DNA from: Alphaproteobacteria bacterium
GTDB lineage: Bacteria; Pseudomonadota; Alphaproteobacteria; JAUHZC01
DNA length: 64,000 bases
Assembly (NCBI GenBank): GCA_023898725.1
Contig: CP060236.1
Location: forward strand, 807,086-871,085
Direction: 5' to 3'
The position numbers were made by a program, and so were the translations under genes. The notes under the pieces are model-generated. The model searched no databases. It saw only the letters and a list, made by a program, of their open reading frames with translations, and was not told the origin of the DNA. Positions 19,126 to 29,780 of the stretch are shown here, piece by piece (position 1 is the stretch's first letter; every line of letters starts with the position of its first letter).

Positions 19126-20136
19126 ATGCACACAACAGATGTTGTCATAATTGGAACAGGTCCTGTTGGGCTTTTCGCCATTTTTGAGTGTGGCATGATG
19201 GGCTTCCAGTGTCACGCTGTGGAGGCCTTGGATGGTATTGGAGGCCAATGTCGTGCCCTTTATCCGGAAAAACCAATCTATGATATCCCTGCCTATCCTG
19301 CAATTTTGGGGGGTGATCTTATTGATAATCTTGAGTCTCAGGCAGCTCCTTTTCGTCCTGTCTATCACCTAAATCAGCGCGTGGATGAATTGCGTAACGT
19401 GGAAGATGAATGGTACGTAAAAACATCCAAGGGTACGGAGATTAAGGCCAAAGCTGTTATTGTTGCTGCAGGGGTAGGGGCTTTTGGTCCTAATCGTCCC
19501 CCTCTTGAGGGCATTGAGCGCTACGAAGGCAAGTCCGTATTTTATTATGTAAAAAATCGCAACCAATTTGATGGCAAGCGTCTTGTGATCGCAGGTGGTG
19601 GAGACTCTGCAGTTGACTGGGCCTTGACCTTAAGCAAAACGGCGAAGTGTATATATATGGTTCATCGCCGCGATAGGTTTCGCGCAGCACCTGATTCCGT
19701 AGCGAAACTCCATGATTTAGTAGATTCAGGAAAGATTGAACTTGTGACACCATACCAGCTTAAGGGTTTGCAGGGAAATGAGGGAGTGCTATCAGGTGTC
19801 ACCGTGACGGACATGGATGGAGAAACACGCACCCTTGCTGTTGATGCGCTGTTGGCATTCTTTGGACTTTCCATGAGTTTAGGGCCCATTAGTGAGTGGG
19901 GGCTAACCCTTCAAAATAAGCACATTACAGTTGATCCTCTTACCATGAAAACCAATGCAGAAGGTATATATGCTGTGGGTGATGTGGCGGATTACCCCCA
20001 TAAACTTAAGCTTATTCTTTCAGGATTTAGCGAGGCCGCCCAAGCAGCTCACCAGATTCGGGCACAAATATACCCTGATAAAATCTTCCATTTTGAGCAC
20101 TCCACTACCCAAGGGGTTCCTGGGGCACTTATTTAG
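19126..20136 (+). CDS. fpr: ferredoxin--NADP+ reductase (thioredoxin-reductase-like type)
   Basis: N-terminal FAD-binding motif DVVIIGTGPVGLFA and a second GGGDSA nucleotide-binding motif. 336 aa, typical of TrxR-like FNR. Confidence 0.8.
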   Translation: MHTTDVVIIGTGPVGLFAIFECGMMGFQCHAVEALDGIGGQCRALYPEKPIYDIPAYPAILGGDLIDNLESQAAPFRPVYHLNQRVDELRNVEDEWYVKTSKGTEIKAKAVIVAAGVGAFGPNRPPLEGIERYEGKSVFYYVKNRNQFDGKRLVIAGGGDSAVDWALTLSKTAKCIYMVHRRDRFRAAPDSVAKLHDLVDSGKIELVTPYQLKGLQGNEGVLSGVTVTDMDGETRTLAVDALLAFFGLSMSLGPISEWGLTLQNKHITVDPLTMKTNAEGIYAVGDVADYPHKLKLILSGFSEAAQAAHQIRAQIYPDKIFHFEHSTTQGVPGALI

Positions 20137-20412
20137 TATTCATTAAAGAGCAGGGCCTTGTTTTTGGAAGAGAAACAGGAAAAATGCCTATGTCTCAACA
20201 ATCATTATCACTTTTTCTGTCACATTTTTCTAACCGAGAAAATACATAGATCCCACAGCAGATGCTGTGAACCCTATCCAAAGAATGATTTTTCTAATAC
20301 TGCTCGTGCTGCCATTGGTGTTGTCGTTGATGGCGAATCCCCATTCAGTAGCTTCGCCAGGCTTGAGAATGACAAGTTTATATGATTTTTTATTATTATC
20401 TGCCATTGTTTT

Positions 20413-21705
20413 TTACCTTTTTTGTATATCAATGTAGTGTCTTTTTTTAGCACCTATATATAGTTGTCGAGGTCTCCCAATTTTATGACTTTCATTACTC
20501 ATTTCTAGCCAGTGTGAGGTCCATCCAACAGTACGTCCAACGGCAAACAATACTGGAAACATTTGTACGGGTATACCTATAGCTTTTAAAATGATTCCGG
20601 AATAAAAGTCAACGTTTGGAAAAAGTTTTCTTTCTATAAAATAATCATCTTCCAATGCTTGTGATTCAAGCTGAAGCGCGATGTCAAAAAGAGGAGATCC
20701 CACGCAACCCACTTCCTTGAGTACATTATGACAATCTTCACGAATAACCGCGGCTCGTGGGTCATAGTTTTTGTATACGCGATGGCCAAACCCCATAAGC
20801 CGAAAGGGATCGTTTTTATCCTTAGCCCTAGCAAGGTACTTCCCAATATTTGCGGGTGTCCCAATTTCTGTAAGCATGCGTATGACAGCTTCATTGGCGC
20901 CCCCGTGTGCTGGCCCCCATAAGCAGGCAATACCAGCAGCAATGCATCCAAATGGATTGGCTTGACTTGAGGCTGCCAGACGAACGGTGGCGGTAGAGGC
21001 GTTTTGTTCGTGATCAGCATGCAGAATTAAAATTTTATCCAGGGCGCGCGCGATAGTTGGTGAAAGGGCATAGGCCTGCGTGGGTTGGCTAAATAACATA
21101 TGAAGGAAATTTTCTGCATATCCTAAGGTATTTTGAGGATAGTTGAATGGCCAACCGCATGAGTATCGATAGGCCATTGCAGCGAGTGTAGGCATCTTTG
21201 CCACCAATCGATAGCAAGCATCAAGACGGCTTTCTGAATCATTAAGGTCTACTGCCTGATGATAAAAGGCAGATAATGCACCAACAACACCAATCATAAT
21301 AGCCATCGGGTGGGCGTCATGGTGAAAGCCATCATAAAACTTTACAAGCTTTTCATGAACCATTGTATGCGTGTTAATAGAACCAACAAAGGCATCATAA
21401 TCCTGTGGTGTAGGAAGTTCTCCATGCAAAAGCAGATAGCTTGTTTCCAAAAAAGTTGAGTGCTTGGCCAATTCTTCAATAGGATATCCGCGGTAGAGCA
21501 ATTCACCTTTATCTCCATCAATAAATGTTATGGCAGATTCGCAGCTTGCGGTAGAGGTAAAGCCGGGGTCAAATGTGAACATCCCCGTTTGTTTGTAAAA
21601 TGATTGGACGTCAATAACGTCGGGGCCTAAAGTGCCTTTCCTGTGGGGTAACTGCACATGCTGGTCATCTATTAATAATAGCCCCTGACTTCTAGAATCT
21701 GGCAT
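20413..21705 (-). CDS. gltA: citrate synthase GltA
   Basis: 430 aa with [36 protein letters not shown] and IGRPRQLY, close to Rhizobiales GltA sequences. Confidence 0.95.
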   Translation of the reverse strand: MPDSRSQGLLLIDDQHVQLPHRKGTLGPDVIDVQSFYKQTGMFTFDPGFTSTASCESAITFIDGDKGELLYRGYPIEELAKHSTFLETSYLLLHGELPTPQDYDAFVGSINTHTMVHEKLVKFYDGFHHDAHPMAIMIGVVGALSAFYHQAVDLNDSESRLDACYRLVAKMPTLAAMAYRYSCGWPFNYPQNTLGYAENFLHMLFSQPTQAYALSPTIARALDKILILHADHEQNASTATVRLAASSQANPFGCIAAGIACLWGPAHGGANEAVIRMLTEIGTPANIGKYLARAKDKNDPFRLMGFGHRVYKNYDPRAAVIREDCHNVLKEVGCVGSPLFDIALQLESQALEDDYFIERKLFPNVDFYSGIILKAIGIPVQMFPVLFAVGRTVGWTSHWLEMSNESHKIGRPRQLYIGAKKRHYIDIQKR

Positions 21706-21731
21706 TTTTGCAAAAATAAAGATGACACTGT

Positions 21732-23132
21732 TTACAATACTAGCACATCCTGAATACGTCCCAAAGCCTCTTCTTTACCAAAAACTTCTAAGACCTCAAA
21801 AATACCTGGTGAGTGTTTTTTGCCCGTTACGCCTGCACGCAAAGCCTGAGCAAGTACACCAAACTTGATTCCTTTGTTCTCTGTATAATCCCGCAATACT
21901 TTCTCAATACCGCTCCTTTCCCACAACGAGAGAGCTGAAAGCAAAACTAAGACATCGGGGAGAAACGCTTTGCCTGATGCAATAAGAGATTCTACCTCTG
22001 GGTCAATAGTGATGGGCCGCGGGGTGATGTATACTAAGGCATGCTGTGCGAGCTCACATAAATCTTTGGCACGCTCCTGGAGTCCATGAATTCCTTTGTG
22101 TAGGAGGGACTTTTGGTCATTGCTCAAAGAGCTGCCCCAAGCTTTTTCGACGAAAGGAAGAGCGTTCTCCAGAATCTTAGGAGGAGATTGCTGGCGGATA
22201 TAATGCCCATTCAGGTGAAGAAGTTTTTGCACATCAAACCGCGCAGCGGCCTTACCAATGGCGCCAACGTCAAACCAATTTATGGCTTGTGTGCGCGAAA
22301 TTATTTCATCATCTCCATGTCCCCAGCCTAATTTCAGCAAATAATTGCACAGCGCTTGGGGGAGTAATCCCCTATCTTTGTAAGCCTGAACCCCTAATGC
22401 GCCGTGACGCTTTGATAACTTCGCCCCGTCAGATCCATGAATGAGGGGAATATGGGCGAATTGTGGTATAGGCCACCCCATGGCCTCATAGATATTTTTC
22501 TGCCGAAAGGCGTTTGTCAAGTGATCGTCACCACGTATAATGTGTGTGATTCCCATGTCATGATCATCAATAACAACCGACAGCATGTAGGTGGGGTTTC
22601 CATCAGCGCGAAGCAAAACAAAGTCATCGAGTTGCCGGTTATCCACACACACTTCTCCTTGAACCAAATCAGCAATGGTACTTGTTCCCACCTGAGGAGA
22701 TTTAAGACGGACAACAGGGTGTACACCAGAAGGGGCTGTTGATGGATCCCGGTCGCGCCACATGCCATTATATCCTATTGGTTTTTTTGCTAAGCGTGCG
22801 GTTTCACGCATTTGTTCCAGTTCCTCGGGTGAACAATAGCAATAGTAGGCGTTGCCTGAATCAAGGAGTTCTTGAACAACCTGGCGGTGGCGTTCCGCAC
22901 GTGCATATTGGTACACAGGGGGGGCGTCAGGAGGCAGGTCAAGCCATGCCAGACCCTCCAGAATGGCATCAACAGCATCTTGTGTGGAGCGTTCGCGATC
23001 TGTATCCTCAATGCGCAGAAGGTATTTCCCGCCATGGTGCTTGGCAAATAAGTAATTAAAAAGAGCGGTGCGTGCCCCTCCAATATGCAGATATCCAGTA
23101 GGTGATGGGGCAAAACGTGTAACAACTGTCAT
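21732..23132 (-). CDS. gltX: glutamate--tRNA ligase GltX
   Basis: Class I aaRS with the HIGH motif ([18 protein letters not shown]) and KMSKS (KLSKRHG). The start was set at MTVVTRF. Confidence 0.9.
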   Translation of the reverse strand: MTVVTRFAPSPTGYLHIGGARTALFNYLFAKHHGGKYLLRIEDTDRERSTQDAVDAILEGLAWLDLPPDAPPVYQYARAERHRQVVQELLDSGNAYYCYCSPEELEQMRETARLAKKPIGYNGMWRDRDPSTAPSGVHPVVRLKSPQVGTSTIADLVQGEVCVDNRQLDDFVLLRADGNPTYMLSVVIDDHDMGITHIIRGDDHLTNAFRQKNIYEAMGWPIPQFAHIPLIHGSDGAKLSKRHGALGVQAYKDRGLLPQALCNYLLKLGWGHGDDEIISRTQAINWFDVGAIGKAAARFDVQKLLHLNGHYIRQQSPPKILENALPFVEKAWGSSLSNDQKSLLHKGIHGLQERAKDLCELAQHALVYITPRPITIDPEVESLIASGKAFLPDVLVLLSALSLWERSGIEKVLRDYTENKGIKFGVLAQALRAGVTGKKHSPGIFEVLEVFGKEEALGRIQDVLVL

Positions 23133-23203
23133 ATTTTTGACCAACCCTCTTCACGTATTCTAAAAACAATTATTACGAGGGATCATAAGCAAAATAATAA
23201 CGT

Positions 23204-24901
23204 ATGTATAGATCGCATCGCATTCTGACTCGATTTTTATGGCACATAGGTAGCATACGCATGTTCACGCAAGCGCTTTACCAAGATAAAAGCCAAATTT
23301 TTTACTGGTATGTGATTATTTTTGCTGTGGGTATAGGGGTTTATCAGTGCTTTTTGTGTTTGTGGTCTTCTTTGGTCGCATGGGGTGCCGTTGGCTGCAT
23401 TGCGGTGCGCATCATGTATGATCAGAAACTATGTCACGGAGTTGGGGTGCCTCTTGCGCTTGTTGGCGGTATTCTTCATATGCATTGGCATAAAAGTATG
23501 CGCTATGCCAATACTTTAGTGGATAAGGCCTATGTAGAAAAGGGTGTGTGGGATGTGGATTCTTCACAAATATGGGAAAAACAATGCCAAATGGTGTTGC
23601 GTCGTAAAGAGTGGAAGATACAGGCGTGGACATCACGGAATCGCTGTTCTCAAGAAGGGCAACGTGTTTTTGTGCATGGGCTTGTTTCTCCTGTGTTCAG
23701 CGGGAAAAAATATGGATTCTTTGATCGTAGCGATTACTTGCGGTGGCAGGGTATTCAGGGGCAGATGAAAATTTGGCACATACATACACTTCCTTCATTT
23801 TTGGGATCGCCGGCGCCGCAATTACCCTCCTTGCGTATCCGTATTATAAAGCGTGCAGAGGACCTCACCGTCTATCATCCCCATGTGGCAGGTGTTTATC
23901 AAAAACTGGTCCTTGGAAAGGGGATGGTTAATCAAAAAGTACGATGCCATTTTGGAAACACGGGTATTTCTCATGTACTGGCTGTTTCGGGATTACACGT
24001 TAGTTTATTAGGTGGCGTCATTGCAGCAAGTATGCGTGCCTTGACACTTATATGGGGACGATCATGGTATGCACGGGCGTTTATGGTTGCAGGCGCTATG
24101 ATGAGTCTTCTTGTGGTGGGGGGGTATTGTTGGCTGTGTTGGCCATCAATAACAGCTGTGCGTGCGACAATTGCAGCAGCGTTTCTGACGTTTTTTTCCA
24201 TCTGCCAACGTCAATTGTGCCTGATATGGGCAAGTCTTGGTGGGGGGCTGGGCGTACTCTTGGTGTGGCCAGAGGCTCTTTTTAGGCCAGGCTTTCAAAT
24301 GTCGATCTTGTGTGTGCTCACGTTAGCTGGAATGCACACTCGTCGCGTAGGTGTTCCGGCATACAGGGACTCTGTGTTGCAAGAATTTCCTATTCGAACG
24401 CTTAGCAACCTTTCTGTTACCCTGCGTTTGAGCGCTCTTACGGCTGTCTTTGCTTCTCAAATCCCTGGAGGTGGAGTTCTGGGGATTGGGGTATTGGCAA
24501 ATTTTGTGGCAATTCCATTAATGGGGTTTGTGCTTATGCCAATTCTGCTTATCGATGTCAGTCTCGTGTGTGTTGGGATTGAACCGAATGAAAGTTGGAA
24601 TAGGGTGTTGGTGTTGATATTTCGATTGTTATTTCTCATTGGGGAGCAGTTCGACCGGTTAAATGTTCTGGCAATGGTGCGTGTTGAGGGGCTTTCTTGG
24701 GTAAGCATGCTTGCTGCAGCAGCCGGAGTTTGTTGGTGTTCGTTGTGGCGTCATCACTGGTATTTATGGGGTCGTGCCTTTTTTTTCATTCCTTTTTGTG
24801 AGCTAATTTGGCAGGCCTTGCGCAAAGCTGCGTACTTTTCTGAGGGCTACGGATTCAATCTGACGAATGCGTTCGCGGGAAATTCCAAATTTTTGACTTA
24901 G
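23204..24901 (+). CDS. comEC: ComEC/Rec2 family competence membrane protein (short form without a C-terminal beta-lactamase-like domain)
   Basis: Competence-domain motif ISHVLAVSGLHVSLLGG and multiple TM helices. It is only 565 aa and its 3' ~100 bp overlaps the convergent rpoH. Confidence 0.7.
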   Translation: MYRSHRILTRFLWHIGSIRMFTQALYQDKSQIFYWYVIIFAVGIGVYQCFLCLWSSLVAWGAVGCIAVRIMYDQKLCHGVGVPLALVGGILHMHWHKSMRYANTLVDKAYVEKGVWDVDSSQIWEKQCQMVLRRKEWKIQAWTSRNRCSQEGQRVFVHGLVSPVFSGKKYGFFDRSDYLRWQGIQGQMKIWHIHTLPSFLGSPAPQLPSLRIRIIKRAEDLTVYHPHVAGVYQKLVLGKGMVNQKVRCHFGNTGISHVLAVSGLHVSLLGGVIAASMRALTLIWGRSWYARAFMVAGAMMSLLVVGGYCWLCWPSITAVRATIAAAFLTFFSICQRQLCLIWASLGGGLGVLLVWPEALFRPGFQMSILCVLTLAGMHTRRVGVPAYRDSVLQEFPIRTLSNLSVTLRLSALTAVFASQIPGGGVLGIGVLANFVAIPLMGFVLMPILLIDVSLVCVGIEPNESWNRVLVLIFRLLFLIGEQFDRLNVLAMVRVEGLSWVSMLAAAAGVCWCSLWRHHWYLWGRAFFFIPFCELIWQALRKAAYFSEGYGFNLTNAFAGNSKFLT

Positions 24902-25687
24902 AACCTCTAGCGTTTTTGGTTTTTCTTGGCAAATTCTGTGCATGATGATCGCACGTTCGCGGGCGCTGAGTTGTGACAGAAATGACTTAGCCAGATTGAG
25001 ACGATAGGTATGTTCATTTGTTGCGATAACATACTCTTCAGGGTTGAGAGCATTGTCTTCAGTGATGTCTTCAAACGTTGATTCGTCTCCATCACCTCCT
25101 GAACTCAGGGGTGTTTGAAGAGAGAAATCACGTCCTCCCAGACGTTGCTCCATGTTGGCAACTTCTTGTGTGGTGACACCAAGTTCACTAGCAATAGATT
25201 GACATTGTGAGGAAGATAGCGTTTGGCTATCTTCACCCTGAATTTTTGCTTTTAACCGTCGCAATGTAAAAAAAAGTTTTTTTTGTGCCCGCGTTGTGCC
25301 AACCTTGACCAAAGACCAATTGTGAAGAGCGTACTGTTTTAGCTGTGCATGAATCCACCATGTGGCATACGTTGAAAATCGAGCACCCTGCGCCGCATCA
25401 AAATTCCGTACCGCAAGGGAAAGCCCCACTGTTGCTTCGGAAATAAGCTCCGCCATGACAAAATTATATCCACTATACCCACCGGCAATTTTTATGGCAA
25501 GCCGCAGGTGCGTGTTGATCAGTGCTTGGGCAGCTTCAATGTTACCATTCTCGACCCACATTTTGACGAGGACCTCCTCCTCATGAGGCGTCAAGAGGGG
25601 AAATTTATTTACACTCCGAATGTAATGAGAGAGGGAGTCTTCACCAGACAGCGGCGTGATCGGTCGTTTGAACTTGCTAAGATCCAT
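24803..25687 (-). CDS. rpoH: RNA polymerase sigma-32 factor RpoH
   Basis: 294 aa with sigma-70 regions 2 and 4 and the RpoH box-like segment (QRKLFFTLRRLKAKI). Confidence 0.85.
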   Translation of the reverse strand: MDLSKFKRPITPLSGEDSLSHYIRSVNKFPLLTPHEEEVLVKMWVENGNIEAAQALINTHLRLAIKIAGGYSGYNFVMAELISEATVGLSLAVRNFDAAQGARFSTYATWWIHAQLKQYALHNWSLVKVGTTRAQKKLFFTLRRLKAKIQGEDSQTLSSSQCQSIASELGVTTQEVANMEQRLGGRDFSLQTPLSSGGDGDESTFEDITEDNALNPEEYVIATNEHTYRLNLAKSFLSQLSARERAIIMHRICQEKPKTLEVLSQKFGISRERIRQIESVALRKVRSFAQGLPN

Positions 25688-25736
25688 GCATATACAGTGT
25701 AATTTTATTCTAAATTAGCAAATTATCGCCAATATT

Positions 25737-26783
25737 TCAAGTTATTTTGATTTCTTTCTTAAACTTATCAAATAAATAGGGAGTATTCGCCTCAAATGAA
25801 ATCTCTTTGTTTGTTTCTGGGTGAATAAAGTGCAGTTCATAGGCGTGTAAGTGCTGATGGTTGTGTGCGGCTAAGTGAGCGTTTATTCGTGCGCGAAGCT
25901 GTGCGGTGGGAAAGCGAGGCAAGCGTCCATACGTTGTATCGCCAACCAAGCCATGACCAATAGACGCCATGTGCACCCGAATTTGGTGTGTGCGCCCACT
26001 ATGGAGGGTACACGCAACAAGACTTGCTACCTCATCGTATATTTCTTGCACACGATATTCTGTCCGGGCTTCTTTGCCATGGGTTTCTGTAATTGTCATT
26101 TTTTGGCGATTAAAGCGTGATCGTGCGATTGAGCCATCAATTGTTCCGAAAAGAGGTTTAGGTAAACCCCAGACAAGTGCCATATATTTACGCCCAATTG
26201 TGCGACTGGCAAACTGTTTGGTCAGGTGTTGATGGGCATGGTTAGTCTTTGCGACAACCATGAGTCCACTTGTGTCTTTATCTAAGCGGTGGACGATTCC
26301 CGGCCGTTCGACGCCGCCAATCCCAGAAAGAGATCCCTGGCAGTGATGAATTAACGCATTGACTAGTGTCCCGCTGTGATTGCCTGCCCCTGGGTGGACC
26401 ACAAGCCCTGTTGGTTTGTTAATGACAATAAGATGGTCATCTTCGTACACAATTGTTAACGGAAGAGGCTCTCCCGCAATGTGGTTTGAGGCCGCTGGAG
26501 GAATGGTGATTCGAAGTCTGTCTCCACCATGAATTTTATGGCGAGGTTTTGTGACTGTGTGACCGTTTAGCGTTACATGCTCACCCTCAATCAGATTTCG
26601 TAACTGTGTGCGTGAAATATCTGGAAGAAGAGCGGCAAGAGCGGCATCAAGGCGCTGACCGATGCACAAAGAGGGCTGATCGTCCTGCTCTGATGAAATC
26701 ATAAAAAGGTGAGTATCGTTGTTCAACATGGGTTCATATAGCGTTTGTGGACTTACAATACGTGGAGATAGGCCCCGAAACAA
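25737..26783 (-). CDS. rluD: 23S rRNA pseudouridine synthase RluD (RluA family)
   Basis: S4 domain followed by the catalytic HRLDKDTSGLMVVAK motif. Confidence 0.85.
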   Translation of the reverse strand: MFRGLSPRIVSPQTLYEPMLNNDTHLFMISSEQDDQPSLCIGQRLDAALAALLPDISRTQLRNLIEGEHVTLNGHTVTKPRHKIHGGDRLRITIPPAASNHIAGEPLPLTIVYEDDHLIVINKPTGLVVHPGAGNHSGTLVNALIHHCQGSLSGIGGVERPGIVHRLDKDTSGLMVVAKTNHAHQHLTKQFASRTIGRKYMALVWGLPKPLFGTIDGSIARSRFNRQKMTITETHGKEARTEYRVQEIYDEVASLVACTLHSGRTHQIRVHMASIGHGLVGDTTYGRLPRFPTAQLRARINAHLAAHNHQHLHAYELHFIHPETNKEISFEANTPYLFDKFKKEIKIT

Positions 26784-26817
26784 TCATGGTAAATATCTTT
26801 ACTAATGATAAGGAAAG

Positions 26818-26894
<77 letters not shown>

Positions 26895-27045
26895 TAAGGA
26901 CACATAAGGAACTACAGGACTTATGTTTGTACGTCAAGCGCCTTCTTTAATAAATTCTGCTTTAGGGGCGTTTGATAAAGGGATACGCAATCACTTGCGA
27001 GGGGGCTTTTTACTACGTATGATGCTTATATGTTTTGAAAAATAA

Positions 27046-27243
27046 ATGCTAATGCCTGACGAACGACGGAGTGATCAACCAAAAAACGACCATGTTTATG
27101 TTGATGAAAAGGAAACACAGATTTCGTGCGGTGGGGCTGGTATTTTAAGCCATCCTAAGATATATCTTGCGTTCGGCCATCGTTCTGTGTGTGTGTGTCC
27201 GTACTGTGGTCGTTTGTTTGCGCGCAAAACACATACTGCATAA
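27046..27243 (+). CDS. zinc-finger domain protein (zf-CHCC type, conserved in alphaproteobacteria)
   Basis: 65 aa with the CGG...HP.IYL...CPYCG pattern characteristic of the zf-CHCC family. Confidence 0.55.
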   Translation: MLMPDERRSDQPKNDHVYVDEKETQISCGGAGILSHPKIYLAFGHRSVCVCPYCGRLFARKTHTA

Positions 27244-27270
27244 CCCCAGTTTTAATAAAGGAGTCACCTG

Positions 27271-27909
27271 ATGAAAAAGGCTTTTAATGCACTTTTAGCA
27301 CGCTTGCGTACATATTTCTTCACAGGGATTCTTGTGACTGTTCCGGGTATTCTAACAATTTATGCGGTTATTTTTATTGTTAGCTCGGTTGATCGTGTGA
27401 TTACACCTCTTTTGCCAGGATTTATTAAGCACTGGATTCTTTTTCAGGGGGTTCCAGGAATTAGTTTTTTTATCGTTTTACTATCTTTGGTAATCATTGG
27501 GGCCATTATGGCTGGCGTAATTGGCAAATCAGTATTGGGACTGGGTGAAAAAGTGGTTAATAAGATGCCTGTTGTGCGCACATTATACGGAGGCACAAAG
27601 CAAATTTTAGAAACCATGGTTTCGTCGAAGTCAAATTCTTTTCAGAAAGTGGTCTTGGTGGAATTCCCGTGTGAGGGATCATGGTCCTTAGGCTTTATCA
27701 CAACAGAGGCCAAGGGACCTGTGCAAAAGTCCCTGAATAATGATTGCCTCAGTATTTTTGTGCCAACTACACCTGTGCCTACCTCGGGGTATCTTCTGTT
27801 TTTGCCCCAAGAACGTGTGCGTGCTGTCAATATGACGGTAGAGGAAGGATTGAAAATGGTTATTTCTGTGGGAATCGTCGCCCCGGAAGAAGTCTCCTTG
27901 CCTAATTGA
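27271..27909 (+). CDS. DUF502 family membrane protein
   Basis: 212 aa with two N-terminal TM helices and the conserved FLP...R motif region. Confidence 0.6.
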   Translation: MKKAFNALLARLRTYFFTGILVTVPGILTIYAVIFIVSSVDRVITPLLPGFIKHWILFQGVPGISFFIVLLSLVIIGAIMAGVIGKSVLGLGEKVVNKMPVVRTLYGGTKQILETMVSSKSNSFQKVVLVEFPCEGSWSLGFITTEAKGPVQKSLNNDCLSIFVPTTPVPTSGYLLFLPQERVRAVNMTVEEGLKMVISVGIVAPEEVSLPN

Positions 27910-27952
27910 GTGTAATCGTTTAGGTCTGTAGTCTTAGGTTCAGTATCGTTTT

Positions 27953-29233
27953 GTGTGCTTTGATTCGATGAAAAAACAAACAATTACAAAAGCAGAAAAC
28001 CTCTCGTGGTTCATGTGGCTTTGTGGGGGTATTTTTTATGCCTATCAATTTGTACTACGTGTCTCACCTACGGTTATGGTCCAGGAAATTCGGGCAGATT
28101 TATCTCTACAAAATTGTGATTTAGGTATCCTAATTTCTTATTACTATAATGGGTATGCCTGGCTGCAAATTCCTGCGGGGTTCATTCTTGATTATATGGG
28201 TCCACGTCGACCAATAATTTGGGCAACGGGATTGTGTTCGGTCGGTTGTGTTTTGTTTGGTCTTGGTGAGACCCTCTTTACTATGGGAATTGGTCGTTTT
28301 ATGATCGGTGTTGGGTCTGCTTTTGCCTTTCTTTCTGCTTTGAAAATTGCTAATTTGTGGTTCCCCAAACGATTGCTACCGTTGATGGTTTCTCTGACGT
28401 TGTTGATGGGGTCCTTGGGGGCAACTGTTGCGGGCATTCCCTTAACGCTTTTGATCGAAAGCTATGGGTGGCGCATCACACTTGTTATTTTTGGTGCTAT
28501 TGGCTTTATGTTGATGGGCATCAGTGCCTGCGTTGTGCGTGATCACCCGCTGCATCTGCAAATAGAAAATCGTCTTGAATGGAGCCGCATATGGGCTGAC
28601 TTCCTATTTTTGATTCGCAGTATTCAAACGTGGATCTTTGGAATGTTTGGTTTTTGCATGTACGTTCCACTTTCTGGATTTGGAGATCTGTGGGGGACAA
28701 GCTATGTTATGGCGGCTTATGATATTTCTAAGATGCAAGCTTCGGGACACATGACTGCTTTTTATCTTGGTATTGGTCTGTCAGGTCCTGCAATTGCTGC
28801 AATGAGTGATCACCTCAAGACACACAGTCGTGTAATGCGGTGGACAGCCCTTTTAGGTTTTATTAGCTTCGTTTACCTTTTATACGGCCCAAAAGTTCCT
28901 TTGTGGATGCTGGGCCCTTATCTTTTTATCGCCGGCGGATGCGTGGCAGGACAATTTCTTGCCTTTACAAGTGTGAGTGTTTTAAACCCGACCAACTTAA
29001 GTGGCCGCGCAACAGGAGTATATAATATGTTTTCTATGGTGAGTGGTGTTGTGGCTCAACCTTTTATTGGGAGTATACTTGATATTTGCTCCCCTGGTGA
29101 AGGTGAGGCAAGCCTTATTGCTTTTCAATATGGGTTGAGTGTGATGCCGGTGGTTCTTTTTGTCTCATTCATCTTGACCTTTTGGATGAAGGAATCATAT
29201 TCTTACAAAGGAGTAGAGTTTGCTGCGTCATAA
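27953..29233 (+). CDS. MFS transporter (third paralog of the 5557/6861 family)
   Basis: 426 aa. Its N-terminus (VMVQEIRADLSLQNCDLGILISYYYNGYAWLQIPAGFILDYMGPRR) aligns with the two tandem MFS genes. Confidence 0.75.
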   Translation: MCFDSMKKQTITKAENLSWFMWLCGGIFYAYQFVLRVSPTVMVQEIRADLSLQNCDLGILISYYYNGYAWLQIPAGFILDYMGPRRPIIWATGLCSVGCVLFGLGETLFTMGIGRFMIGVGSAFAFLSALKIANLWFPKRLLPLMVSLTLLMGSLGATVAGIPLTLLIESYGWRITLVIFGAIGFMLMGISACVVRDHPLHLQIENRLEWSRIWADFLFLIRSIQTWIFGMFGFCMYVPLSGFGDLWGTSYVMAAYDISKMQASGHMTAFYLGIGLSGPAIAAMSDHLKTHSRVMRWTALLGFISFVYLLYGPKVPLWMLGPYLFIAGGCVAGQFLAFTSVSVLNPTNLSGRATGVYNMFSMVSGVVAQPFIGSILDICSPGEGEASLIAFQYGLSVMPVVLFVSFILTFWMKESYSYKGVEFAAS

Positions 29234-29252
29234 GACTAAAAAGGTTCTAAAT

Positions 29253-29705
29253 ATGAAAAAATCATTCATACTAAGGCGTGACGATCTGTCAGAAACCGCT
29301 GTGGATGCTCACATTTTTGCACGTCGCTCCCACTGTGTCGAAATTAAGGTTATTCCTTTTTATTTAGAGGATGAGTCTGCCCCTTTGGATCAAAAATATG
29401 TTTGGGCCTATCATGTGCAGATTTATAACAAACGTCCTAAGGCAGTGAAGCTTTTGAAGCGTGTCTGGGCTATTACGGACGGGATGGGAATAACACGAGA
29501 GGTTCGGGGTGAGGGTGTCATTGGTGAGCAACCAATCATTGAGCCAGACAGCCTTTTTGAGTATACCAGCGCTGTTCCTTTGACTACGCCTACGGGCTTT
29601 ATGTCGGGTTTTTATGAAATGGTTGATATTGATGGTCATGACTTTTCTGCAAAAGTTCCGGCATTTTCACTCGATAGCCCTCATGTAATCAGTACACTTC
29701 AATAG
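29253..29705 (+). CDS. apaG: ApaG (DUF525) protein
   Basis: YHVQIYN...WAITDGMG...VRGEGVIGEQP...PDSLFEYTS...GFMSGFYEM matches the ApaG family consensus. The start was set at MKKSF. Confidence 0.75.
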   Translation: MKKSFILRRDDLSETAVDAHIFARRSHCVEIKVIPFYLEDESAPLDQKYVWAYHVQIYNKRPKAVKLLKRVWAITDGMGITREVRGEGVIGEQPIIEPDSLFEYTSAVPLTTPTGFMSGFYEMVDIDGHDFSAKVPAFSLDSPHVISTLQ

Positions 29706-29780
29706 CAAAGGAAACCTCTCGGGAAGCGAGAGGTCTCCTTTTTTGCGAAGCTTGTCTTTTTTGTGTTTTGTGAGGGAACC

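Noticed and set aside
20158-20385. 75-aa ORF between fpr and gltA
   Set aside because: Cys/His-rich with no RBS, lying in the convergent intergenic region. It is likely noncoding.
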